Below are positions 1 through 9,800 of a stretch of DNA of 30,073 nucleotides, piece after piece. The stretch is taken from NCBI GenBank assembly GCA_052168235.1, contig JBQLZK010000072.1, forward strand, positions 1-30,073, read 5' to 3'. The notes below the pieces were generated by a model. That model saw nothing but the letters and a program-made list of their open reading frames with translations. It searched no databases and was not told where the DNA came from. This stretch comes from Thainema sp. (GTDB lineage: Bacteria > Cyanobacteriota > Cyanobacteriia > Phormidesmidales > Phormidesmidaceae). The position numbers and the translations under genes were made by a program. The first letter of the stretch is position 1. Each line of letters begins with the position of its first letter.

Positions 1-1817
1 TTGGCAATTTAGGAGATTATGAACAAGCAGTCAAGAAATATGAAAAAGTAACAGAGCTTGATCCTAATAGTTTAGCAGCTTTCTTTAGATGGGGAGATAC
101 ACTTTTTGAGCTAAAAAACTACGAACAAGCGGCTAAGAAGTATGAGAAGGTGACAGAACTAGATCCTAATAGTTCATTGGCTTTCTTTGGTTGGGGAAGT
201 ACACTTTTTGAACTAAAAGATTATGAGCAGGCGGTTGAAAAGTATGAGAAAGTGATAGAGCTAGATCCTAATAATTCACCAGTTTTTAATATTTTAGGCT
301 TTATTTTTGACGATTTAGGAGACTATGAAAAATCCATAGATGAGTATAGAAAATCAATTAGAGCATATGAGATTCAGGAAAATAAAAAAGATGCCAATTT
401 CCCCTTTGCATATGCAAATTTAGGTATTACATTCCATCGCTTAAATAACTATCCACAAGCTTGGCAAGCATTAGACAAGGCGATAGTAGTTTACAATCAA
501 TTAGAGATTAGTAGTGGAGGTATCCAGGACTGCGAGGCTCTTCGCGTAATGGGCTCTATTCAGTTAGTCTATGAGCATATAGATCAAGCAAGGCTGTTTC
601 TTGAAAGGGCCTTCAATTTAGATGAAACTAACATAGATGTCTTGATCTTATTGGTCAGCTTATATATTCAAATCCGGGATGAATTAACAAATCAATATAA
701 TATATTTGATTTATCCGACAAAGAAAATTTTGGATCATATGAACAATATGAACTCTACCGTCTTAAATCCAAAGCGGGAGGAAAGCTAGTAAATCAGACT
801 GGTTCAGCTCACACTCAAGCTTGGCAATTTCATCGTCAGGCAAAAGATATTCTTATTAAAGAGCTAGATAATGCTCCAAACAATGCATTTGTTCTAAATC
901 GATTGGGTAATCTATCTATTAATATTGGAAAATTAAATGAGGCAGAAGATTATTTTTTGCGAGCGTTGGAGCAAGATCCAGATTCTGCTGAAGCTTATGC
1001 TAATTTGGGCGTGCTTTATACCCGAAAAGTACATGAAAGGGAAGAAGATTTTGAAAAAGCAGTTGACTATTTTCGTATTGCTCTAAACTATGAGCCTAAT
1101 AACCTCAACATATGGAGTAATTTGGCTGAAACTTATTTGAAGCTAGAACGATTACATAGAGCTGAAGCTGAATATCGAAGAATCTTACAGATTTCCCCTG
1201 GTCACGTAGAATCACTCATCGGTTTAGCCGAAGTATATGTTGCAATGGGTGTGGACGGTGAATCAGAATTCTATCATCGTGCCATTCGATATTTTACGCG
1301 GGCTATTAGAATCGCAGATGCAAAGATGGGTTCTAAATTCTTAAAAAACCAGGAGCGAGTTGATATTCTCTATGCTAGAGCCTATGCCAAAGTCAAGCTT
1401 TATGAAAGCGAAAATTTGACTATAAATGAGAAGCTTTTGCAGAGTGCATTACAGGATCTTGACCAGTGCCTGAGAATTAATAGGAGCTATGATAAAGCCA
1501 GAAGGGCTCGCGAAAAGATTAAAAAGCAAATTCAGCGTTTTACCCCCCAATGGTTTATAGAAAAAATGGGGCCAGTGGTTATTTTAGTATTGTCTGTGCT
1601 TGTTTTTGCTTTAAGCCAATTAAGCTTCTTCATTAGTTGGCCGATCCAGTTGGCAGGTACGAATCAGTATGTTGTTTTGACTTTTGGCTCATTGACATTT
1701 ATGGTCGTAAGTCTTTATTTGCCTCAAATCTTAAAGCTTAAAGTCGCAGGAATAGAACTTGAGAAGAGTTCTGTGAATCAAATTCAAACTCCCCGAAACA
1801 TTGGTATCAATCGATGA
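1..1817 (+). CDS. Tetratricopeptide-repeat protein with two C-terminal transmembrane helices (5'-partial, starts upstream of the window)
   Basis: The frame is open from position 3 (GNLGDYEQAVKKYEKVTELDPNSLAAFFRWG...), so the GTG at 150 is internal. There are many 34-aa TPR motifs (e.g. AYANLGVLY...FEKAVDYFRIALNYEPNN). Hydrophobic segments PVVILVLSVLVFALSQLSFFISW and YVVLTFGSLTFMVVSLYL lie near the C-terminus. The DNA is AT-rich. Confidence 0.9.
   Translation, partial: GNLGDYEQAVKKYEKVTELDPNSLAAFFRWGDTLFELKNYEQAAKKYEKVTELDPNSSLAFFGWGSTLFELKDYEQAVEKYEKVIELDPNNSPVFNILGFIFDDLGDYEKSIDEYRKSIRAYEIQENKKDANFPFAYANLGITFHRLNNYPQAWQALDKAIVVYNQLEISSGGIQDCEALRVMGSIQLVYEHIDQARLFLERAFNLDETNIDVLILLVSLYIQIRDELTNQYNIFDLSDKENFGSYEQYELYRLKSKAGGKLVNQTGSAHTQAWQFHRQAKDILIKELDNAPNNAFVLNRLGNLSINIGKLNEAEDYFLRALEQDPDSAEAYANLGVLYTRKVHEREEDFEKAVDYFRIALNYEPNNLNIWSNLAETYLKLERLHRAEAEYRRILQISPGHVESLIGLAEVYVAMGVDGESEFYHRAIRYFTRAIRIADAKMGSKFLKNQERVDILYARAYAKVKLYESENLTINEKLLQSALQDLDQCLRINRSYDKARRAREKIKKQIQRFTPQWFIEKMGPVVILVLSVLVFALSQLSFFISWPIQLAGTNQYVVLTFGSLTFMVVSLYLPQILKLKVAGIELEKSSVNQIQTPRNIGINR
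16..330 (+). repeat. Tandem 102-bp TPR-encoding repeats
   Basis: DYEQAVKKYEKVTELDPNS / NYEQAAKKYEKVTELDPNS / DYEQAVEKYEKVIELDPNN recur every 34 codons with similar DNA (gatcctaata). Confidence 0.85.
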
Positions 1818-1928
1818 GATTTGGCCTCAAATAATCAACTGTTATCAGGGATGCAGACAATCTTGTATGATAGGCAGGATTCTTAACACAGTAAGACTCT
1901 GCCAGCAGCTATCACTAGCTGTCAACCC

Positions 1929-2492
1929 ATGACTCAACTGACAGGTTTATGCTCCGCCCCGGTTACGGTTGTGATAGCTCAGCGGGTCAAGCCCGGTCGA
2001 GAAGCCGAGTACGAAGCCTGGATCAGCGGCATCACCAAGGTCTCTAGTGCTTATCCAGGACACATGGGAGCCAACGTGATTCGACCGCAACCCGGCATTC
2101 GGCCAGAATACGTCGTTGTCTTCCGCTTTGACTGTTACGACCATCTCAAAGACTGGATGACCTCCCGCGATCGCAAATATTGGGTAGCCAAGGCCAAGCC
2201 CCTAGTCGAGTCAGATCCTCAGATCCAGCAGATCAGCGGTATTGAAGCCTGGTTCTCTATTCCCGGTCAGGTGCTGAAAACGCCACCTCGCTATAAAACG
2301 GCGCTGCTGACCTGGCTTGTGGTCTATGCTTTGCTCAATCTCTTAGGCTGGACAATCGCACCATTTCTTCAACAAGCGCTGCCATTCTGGTTAGCATCGC
2401 TGATTAGCTCTGGCATCATGGTCGTTCTGATTACCTACGTTGTCATGCCGAGGGTAACGCGATTATTTAGCGGTTGGCTTTATCAAAAGTAA
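1929..2492 (+). CDS. Antibiotic biosynthesis monooxygenase (ABM)-like domain protein with two C-terminal TM helices (COG3224-like)
   Basis: N-terminal dimeric alpha/beta-barrel-type motif (VTVVIAQRVKPGREAEYEAW...YPGHMG...YVVVFRFD...WMTS). PPRYKTALLTW and TYVVMPRVTRLFSGWL are typical of this family. Confidence 0.8.
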   Translation: MTQLTGLCSAPVTVVIAQRVKPGREAEYEAWISGITKVSSAYPGHMGANVIRPQPGIRPEYVVVFRFDCYDHLKDWMTSRDRKYWVAKAKPLVESDPQIQQISGIEAWFSIPGQVLKTPPRYKTALLTWLVVYALLNLLGWTIAPFLQQALPFWLASLISSGIMVVLITYVVMPRVTRLFSGWLYQK

Positions 2493-2825
2493 CCATATCT
2501 TCACACAAGATAACATCGAGTATATTACGAAACATAACAAACACGGTAATACCTTAACTTTACAATCCATTGGTCTTGATTGTTTTTGAAACTGCGATCG
2601 CACGTATCTTGATAAAAAACATGCCGCTGAAAGCCTTGCGGTTCCTCATTTTCGCAGCTTATCCGACCAGACAAGCAAGAGATGAGGCGAAAATCCCACT
2701 TTTAAATTTCGTGCAAATTCTTTAGATCTATCCTGACTTGATGAAAGACAGGTGTATGAGGAGGTAGCTATCAATCTGCGTAAATTTACGGATTGTTGCG
2801 GCCTAACAGTATTGGGATTTCCAAC

Positions 2826-3626
2826 ATGCCGACTTCCTCCACCATGTCTGACCTTCAGAATCTACCGTTTCTCTCCATCGACGACCAAACCCTGTCGCTT
2901 GGACAGGTACTCCAGTACCTTCAGGTATCGGGAAAGCTGCTGCCATTTCTGCAAGAAATTGTCGGGCAGCACGTTATCTATCAGGAAATTCAAGCCCGCC
3001 AGGATTTAGAGGTCAGTGCTTCTCAGTTTGAGCAAGCGATTATCGACTTCCGCATCCAGCGACAGCTCACTGATATGGAAACCTTTCAAAAGTGGCTAGC
3101 GCAGCAGGGCATGAATTATGAATCGTTTCAACGTTTAGTATTACTGAATCTTAAGCTTGATCAATTAAAAACAAAAATTGCTGAACCTGATTTAGAGACT
3201 TATTTTACTGAACAGCAACAAAACTTAGATGTCATTGATTTATCCTGCTTGACTACGACAAAACAGGCCGAAGCAGAGATCTGCTATCAACAATTAACCA
3301 CAGGTACTGCCAATTTCGATCAGTTGGTACAAGCGTCTCAAAGTGATGATTCTAGCTTATCGGTACTGCGCGGCCCGACTCGAAGGCAACAGCTACCCGA
3401 TGGCTTAGAGCAGCAGGTTAATACAGCAACTATTGGTCAATGGATTGGCCCAGTTGAGATCGCAAATCATCGCTGGTGCATCTTCCGAGTTGAACACATT
3501 AAGTCAGCCGTTCTAGATGGAGCCGTGAAAAAAGATCTAGAAAATCGGCTATTTCAGCGCTGGCTAACAGAACGAGTTAAAACCATGACGGTGCAGCTAG
3601 CTTTGGGTCAACCAAAGACTGAATAA
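2826..3626 (+). CDS. Cyanobacterial PpiC/parvulin-type peptidyl-prolyl isomerase-like foldase (SurA-like, catalytic motif degenerate)
   Basis: SurA-like helical N-domain (FLSIDDQTLSLGQVLQYLQ...FQKWLAQQGMNYESFQ) and a parvulin-like C-domain (GQWIGPVEIANHRWCIFRVE...LFQRWL). The start is probably ATG 2826 or 2844 rather than TTG 2793. Confidence 0.8.
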   Translation: MPTSSTMSDLQNLPFLSIDDQTLSLGQVLQYLQVSGKLLPFLQEIVGQHVIYQEIQARQDLEVSASQFEQAIIDFRIQRQLTDMETFQKWLAQQGMNYESFQRLVLLNLKLDQLKTKIAEPDLETYFTEQQQNLDVIDLSCLTTTKQAEAEICYQQLTTGTANFDQLVQASQSDDSSLSVLRGPTRRQQLPDGLEQQVNTATIGQWIGPVEIANHRWCIFRVEHIKSAVLDGAVKKDLENRLFQRWLTERVKTMTVQLALGQPKTE

Positions 3627-3657
3627 GACACATAAATAGGTTGGCATAGATAAACTC

Positions 3658-3706
3658 ATCTAAAAAACTGGGGGTATCCCTCCGGGGCATTCCCCGTTTT
3701 TTAGAT
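3658..3706. repeat. Palindromic intergenic hairpin (REP-like or possible terminator)
   Basis: ATCTAAAAAAC (3658-3668) pairs with GTTTTTTAGAT (3696-3706) around an inner GGGGG-tat-CCC-tcc-GGG-gcat-TCCCC stem. Confidence 0.6.
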
Positions 3707-3779
3707 TATGTATTTATTTTTATGCAGCGACTTATTTGTTGATTTACTAATCATTAATGGGTGCGGTTTACCAACACAA

Positions 3780-3809
3780 GCAATCAGTCTAAATCAAGCG
3801 ACTGATTGC
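3780..3809 (+). promoter_or_regulatory. Stem-loop in the 5' leader of the giant gene, just upstream of the AGGAG RBS (3828-3832)
   Basis: GCAATCAGTC (3780-3789) and GACTGATTGC (3800-3809) form a perfect 10-bp inverted repeat. Its function is not determined. Confidence 0.4.
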
Positions 3810-3840
3810 AATTTATTTATCCTCAGTAGGAGTTGGAACC

Positions 3841-6800
3841 GTGGATTTTGCTGGTACTTCTGTCTCGCCGTTTTCCGTCCAAAGTTCAGAGTTTAATCCC
3901 TTCAATCAATTTGCTTTAGAAGGACTTGATCAACCCCAATCTTTTGCTCCCGTTGGTACAACACTGGGGGATTGGCAAACAGAGATTGGGTTGAATAGTC
4001 ACAGTGCGATCGCACCTGAAGCGTTTGATGTCAATCCATTAACAGGTGACTGGTTGGGCCAGGTTGGTATAAGGGATAGCTCACCTGCTACTGGACTAAT
4101 CACCACGGCTGATGCTCCTACTGCTGATTTACAAGTTGGCTTCATTCAATCATCCGATCCGCTGCTGGATCATGCGGCTCCTGCTGGCCAATCTGTCGTG
4201 TTTGTGGATGCCAGTGTTCCCGACTATCAGAATTTAGTAGCTGGTTTGGCAACGAGTAGCGATGTGATTGTGATTCAGCCTGGAGAAGACGGAATCGCCA
4301 CAATTACCGAAACTCTGGCGTTTTATGAGTCTGTCTCTGCAATTCATCTAGTCACGCACGGTGATCCCGGTGCCATCCAGCTTGGTCGCGCCACGCTCAG
4401 CACTGAAACGCTGGCCCAGTATGCTAACCAGCTTCAGTCTTGGCAGGAGGTATTGACCGCTGATGCCGATTTGCTGGTCTACGGCTGTGAGGTGGCTTCA
4501 GGTACAGAAGGAGCATCATTTGTGCAGCAGTTAAGCCAGCTAACGGGCGCAGATGTTGCGGCCTCAGACGATTTGACAGGTAATGCAGCTTTAGGTGGTG
4601 ACTGGGAATTCGAATCGATTACCGGAAGTATTGAGACGGGCTTAGCATTTGGTGAAAGTGCGATCGCAACCTATGCTCATACCCTAGCTGATATTGATTT
4701 CTCCAGTCAGGAAGCAGCAATCCGGGCTGGGCTGGTTAATCTGCGCGACTTTGCTGAAACGCTGGATACCTATTTAGACACGGCTAGTGATTTTGCCAAA
4801 GCGCTGCCAATCGTTGATCAGGACTTGGGATCAGCAGTTGATCTGAGTGATCTCGTTGAAACAGAGCTGATTGCGGCCTTCGACGATTATGCAGACGCAA
4901 CTCCGACTACGGGAGAGTTAGCGGCCTTCATTACCAGTCAAACAGGTTGGACAGTGAACGACCTGTCAGATGCAGATGAAATTGAGTTTCAGGTCACGCT
5001 CAGTGACACAACAACACTGCTGAATCGCGCGATTGAGCTAAGCCGCAGCGCAGCAGGGTTTGGTATTAACCTCGATGGAACAGGCACGCTTGAAACCCAA
5101 GTTGATTTGACCTTCACCTTCGGCTTCGATACAGCGGCCAATGAATTTTTCGCTTCATTTGATTCATTCAACACCGAAGGCAACTTCACAGCCAATCTCG
5201 ATGGTACAGGCGGACGGATTGGCTTTGTTGAGTTTGAGGTGGCAACTAATCCCGGTGATGAGTTGTTGCTGAATGCTGGACTGAATACGGTCATTAATAA
5301 CGGCAATCGCCTAAGGACAGCTAATTTACAGCTTGCAGATGTCAGCGGTCTCATTTCCAGCATTACACCCACGGGTAGCTTAACCGCAACGCTGCCAGTG
5401 GAAGTCACGCTCAACGGCTTTGCTCCCGCTGACATTCCTGAAATCAGCCTATCCTACGGCTCAGCCGCAGATCTCTTCAGCAGTTCTTTCGACAGTACCA
5501 CCTTTGAAGGTGCTGCACCAATTGTCACGTTATCAAACAGCCTCCAGGATTTCACCAATATCACCGCTGACGACGTGCTGGGCATGGTGAAGCGAGTCGT
5601 AGACTGGTTTGACCGCTTCCGCCAATCTTCCCTATTTGACGATATTGAGCTGCCGTTTGTGGGCGATCGCACATTGAGCGACATGCTGGATTTTGCCAGC
5701 GTTCTGCAAGCGGCGCTGATTGATCCGCTAGAAACCGATCCGGTGATGGTGGGCGGAGTGCTGGTTTCTGATCCGACCTTTACCTCAGTACAAGACTTCG
5801 CCGATCAGCTTGCGGCTCTGATGCCGGGGGTGGATATCAATGCCACCTATGACAGTAGCGATCGCACTTTAACATTCGATTTGGATCTGTCGCCTGATTT
5901 TGATGCGATTAATTTGCCGCTCAATCTGGATTTGGATTTGTCACCTTTGGGCAACTTCACCAGCGGTACAACGGTACAGATTACGCCGGCAGGGGAATTT
6001 GATTTTACCTTTGGCATTGATCTAGCGCCACTCGGATCTGGTTTTACTTTCGATGCCACTACCGCGATCAGTAGCCTCAATAACGGCACAGGTATCCTAG
6101 TTAATGCCTTAGGAACCAACGATTTGCAGATTACTCGCCGCAACGGCACCAGCTTCGAAGTTGACTTGAGCAGCCTGACAACGCTGGGGCAGGTAGTAAC
6201 AGCCATCCAATCGGCTTCCGGTGGCACCGTTTCCGTTACGCTAGATGCCACTCAGGGGCGGTTGGTTTTGGAGGACAATACGACTGGGGACAGTGAGTTT
6301 GCAGTTACACAAATCAATGGATCACTTGCGGCATCTGGTTTAGGGATTCTCACCAGCGATTCTGTTTCCAATCCCGGAGTGATTCAAGGACTGTCGCTGG
6401 TATCGCGCAGCCTGAGTGAGCGGGTGTTTCTGACGGATGCCTCGGTGAATGCTGGAATTACTCTGTCTACACCGGGCGGCATTAACGCCACGGCAGAATT
6501 CGGCTTCTTGGGCATCGCCATTAACGACGGCAGTGCCGATATTAACGCGCTGGTGGATGTCAGCTTACTCAACGGCAATCCTGCCGATCCAACCACGCTC
6601 GCTGATCTATATCAGGCACTGACGGCAGGCAACGTCAACTCGATTATCAATACACCGACCGTCAATGCGTCCGCCAATCTGCTGCTGCAAAATATTTCGG
6701 TCAACGACAACTTCCTGGGCGCTCTATCGGCCACACCCAGCATCGCAGTCAACTTTGCCGACTTGACCGATCCGGGGACGCTAGATGTCCAGTTCACTAA

Positions 6801-9800
6801 CTTCGACCCGCTCAACAGTTTCCAGAACCTAGACTTCAGCAACCTAATTGGCATCTTTCGCAATACAGTCGATTTTCTAGAAACGCTGACGACAGACGCT
6901 GGCGGAGGAGCATTAGCCCTGCTGAACGAAGAATTGCCGCTGATTGACCGCAGTATTAATGACCTGCTCGACTACGCCGACCGCTTTGCCGCCTTTGTCG
7001 ATGATCTAGAAAGTAATCCCGCTCAAACCATTCAAGCAGTCGAAGCACTGCTAGAAGAGGCACTGGGGCTGACACCTGACAGTCCACTGGTCGATTTATC
7101 AATTGACGGAAACGCACTGCGAATCGATCTAGCTTTCGTCAGCAGTTTAACAGCCGCTTTTGGCATGGAGATGGAGCTAGCTGAATTAGCTGCTCTAGCA
7201 GGTATTTCGCTACCCGCCAGCATCACCGATCTAATTGGCGTCAGCTCTGCCGCTGAGCTAGATGTGGAAGTCCAAGCGCTGCTGAACTTGGCTTTAGGCA
7301 TCGACCTCAGCGATCCGCTCAACCCCCGTCCGTTTATCTATGACGGTGCAGGCGGCACGGGTATGGCGCTGAGCGTCCAAGCTGCGGGGTCTAACCTTGA
7401 CTTTACAGCTCAGTTTGGCCCGATGAGCCTTGGGATTGAGGATGGTACAGCCTTCATCGGTGCGGCTGGCAACGCACCTGCCGTTTTTGCGGTGAGCCTA
7501 GACGGTAGCTCTAGTGGTCGCCGCTACTTTGACGCTGGCTTAGCGGGATTAACCGGAGCCGTAGATGTGGTGCTGAGTGATGCGATCGCAACTGCTACGC
7601 TGCCTCTCCAGCTACCCGATCCGCTTGATCCATTTAACTTGGAGCTATCCATCGACAGTTTGGCAGCGCTATTAGACGGATCAATCACTAGCGATCAGAT
7701 CACGCTCAACTTACCGAATTTTACCGACCTGCTGGCGCTGCCCGACTTTGGCTTAATTGGGCTGCTGCGCGATCCGGGCACGCTGGTGGACGGACTCGAT
7801 ACGCTATTGGGTACGGTGCAAGATCTGCTCGACGGCGAGATTTTTGGCACTACCTTGCCTCTAGTTGGTGATGCATTGGCTCCCGCTGGACAGTTTATTG
7901 AGAACTTCCGCGAGGCCGTTCTTGCTGAAATCAGCAATCAGATTGAGCGGGCAGGCGGTGACGTAATTACGGCAGTGCAGCTAGCGCTGTTCAACGTATT
8001 TGGTGCGGCTAGTGCTGGAGCCAGCATTGGCCTCGGTCTGCTGCGAGACAAAGACGGCAACGGCATAGCTGGTGACTTGAACGACATTGAAATCCTGGGT
8101 GGCGAAGCTGGGGACGATTTTGTTCAGTTCGATATGCAGTTGGGCACGGATTTGATCGATACGAGTGTGCCCATTGATTTTGATCTAGGACTCCCCGTAC
8201 TCGGCTTTGATCTGGATGCTGAAGTCAGCACTAAATTAGGTTGGGCTTTTGACCTCAGCTTTGGGGTTAGCGAATCGCAGGGATTCTACTTTGATACCTC
8301 CGACGCCGATGAACTAGAGGTCTTCCTGGATATCTCGCTGGATAACCCCGGCGGCGGAGCCGCACAGGCAACGGGGAATCTGGACTTCCTGCAAATTCAG
8401 GCGACGGATCAAACGGGCGATGACCGCTCCGGCTTTGGCGGACGATTCGTGATCGATTTGAAAGATCCAGGTCAGGGTGGTCAAGCCGATGATCGGTTTA
8501 CTTTCAGTGAACTTCTGGCTTTCCCGTCTCTCAGCAGCATTTTTGAAGCTGACCTACGCGGCCTGAATGGCAACGCTTTGCCAACAGCGCAGGTGAACAT
8601 GGATTTGGCACTGAGCTTTGGCGGCAGTGCCCGCTTCCCTCGCATGTTGAGCGAATTTGGGCTGGAGTGGGGCTTTGATGTCAATAATTTCCGGGAGAGT
8701 TCACCTACGATCGCATTTCGCGATATTCGTCTTGATGCAGGTTCCTTCCTGTCGGACTTTGCTAAACCCATCTTTGGCGAAATTAAACCCATTCTGGATG
8801 TGGTTGGCCCGGTCATTGACTTCCTAGACGCCAGGGTGCCGCTGATTTCAGATCTGCTCGGTCGCAACGTGACCATGCTCGATATTGCTGAAACGCTACA
8901 GCTCCTGGATGCCAGCACGATCCAAACCGCGCGTCAGTTTATCGAAGCCGTTCAGGTGATCCGCAGCCTAGTCGATTTAGTGGCATCCGTCCCAGATGAT
9001 AGTAGCGTTGTGATTCCCTTCGGCGATTTCGTCGTTGGCGAAGGCTTTAGTAGCAACCTCAATCTCAATCTGCGCGGTACGTCATCCAGTCAGCTCAATT
9101 CCCAATTCAACAGCTTGAGCTTCTCTGCCATTGATCCGTCGTCATCGCTGCAATCGGGGGGTGGAGCCAATGATGCAGCAGTGGTTAGCAAGACGCAAAG
9201 CTTTATTAGTCAGATTAATAACGCGCCCAATGGTGGCATTAAGTTCCCAATTCTGACCGATCCGGGTTCCGTGATTGGTCTGCTGTTTGGTCAGGATGCG
9301 GACTTATTCTTTTACGACATGCCTGAATTCGACTTCACGTTCCCTTACGAACAGGAGTTCCGAGTGCTGGGCGTAATTAAGTTCACCTTGGGTGGCAGCA
9401 TCGGAGCCGCTTTTGACTATGACTTTGGCTACGACACCTTTGGACTACGCAAGTTCTTTGAGAGCGATAACTTTACCGATGTCTTTGATGGATTCTTCTT
9501 TGGTGATCTCGACAGCAACGGCTTTGATAAGCCAGAAACAGTCCTGCGAGCCAGAATCTTTGCGGAGGGCGGAGTAGACATCGGCATTGCCGGTGGTGGT
9601 GTAGGTGGCGGTTTGACAGGCACCGCGAACTTCAATCTGAATGATCCCAATGATGACGGTAAGATTCGGATTAGCGAGATTGCTCAGTTTATTGAGGACG
9701 GCGATTATGAATGCATTTTTGATATCACGGGCAATGTCGTTCTCGATTTCTATGCCTTTGTAGAAGCGTTTTTCGGTGCAGCTCGCAAAGATTTCCCGAT

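Noticed and set aside
2600..2700. Possible riboswitch upstream of the foldase gene
   Set aside because: Short complementary segments exist, but I could not match a c-di-GMP, c-di-AMP or cobalamin consensus.
2752..3896. ORFs 2752-3009 and 3708-3896
   Set aside because: They overlap better-supported genes and have no recognisable features.
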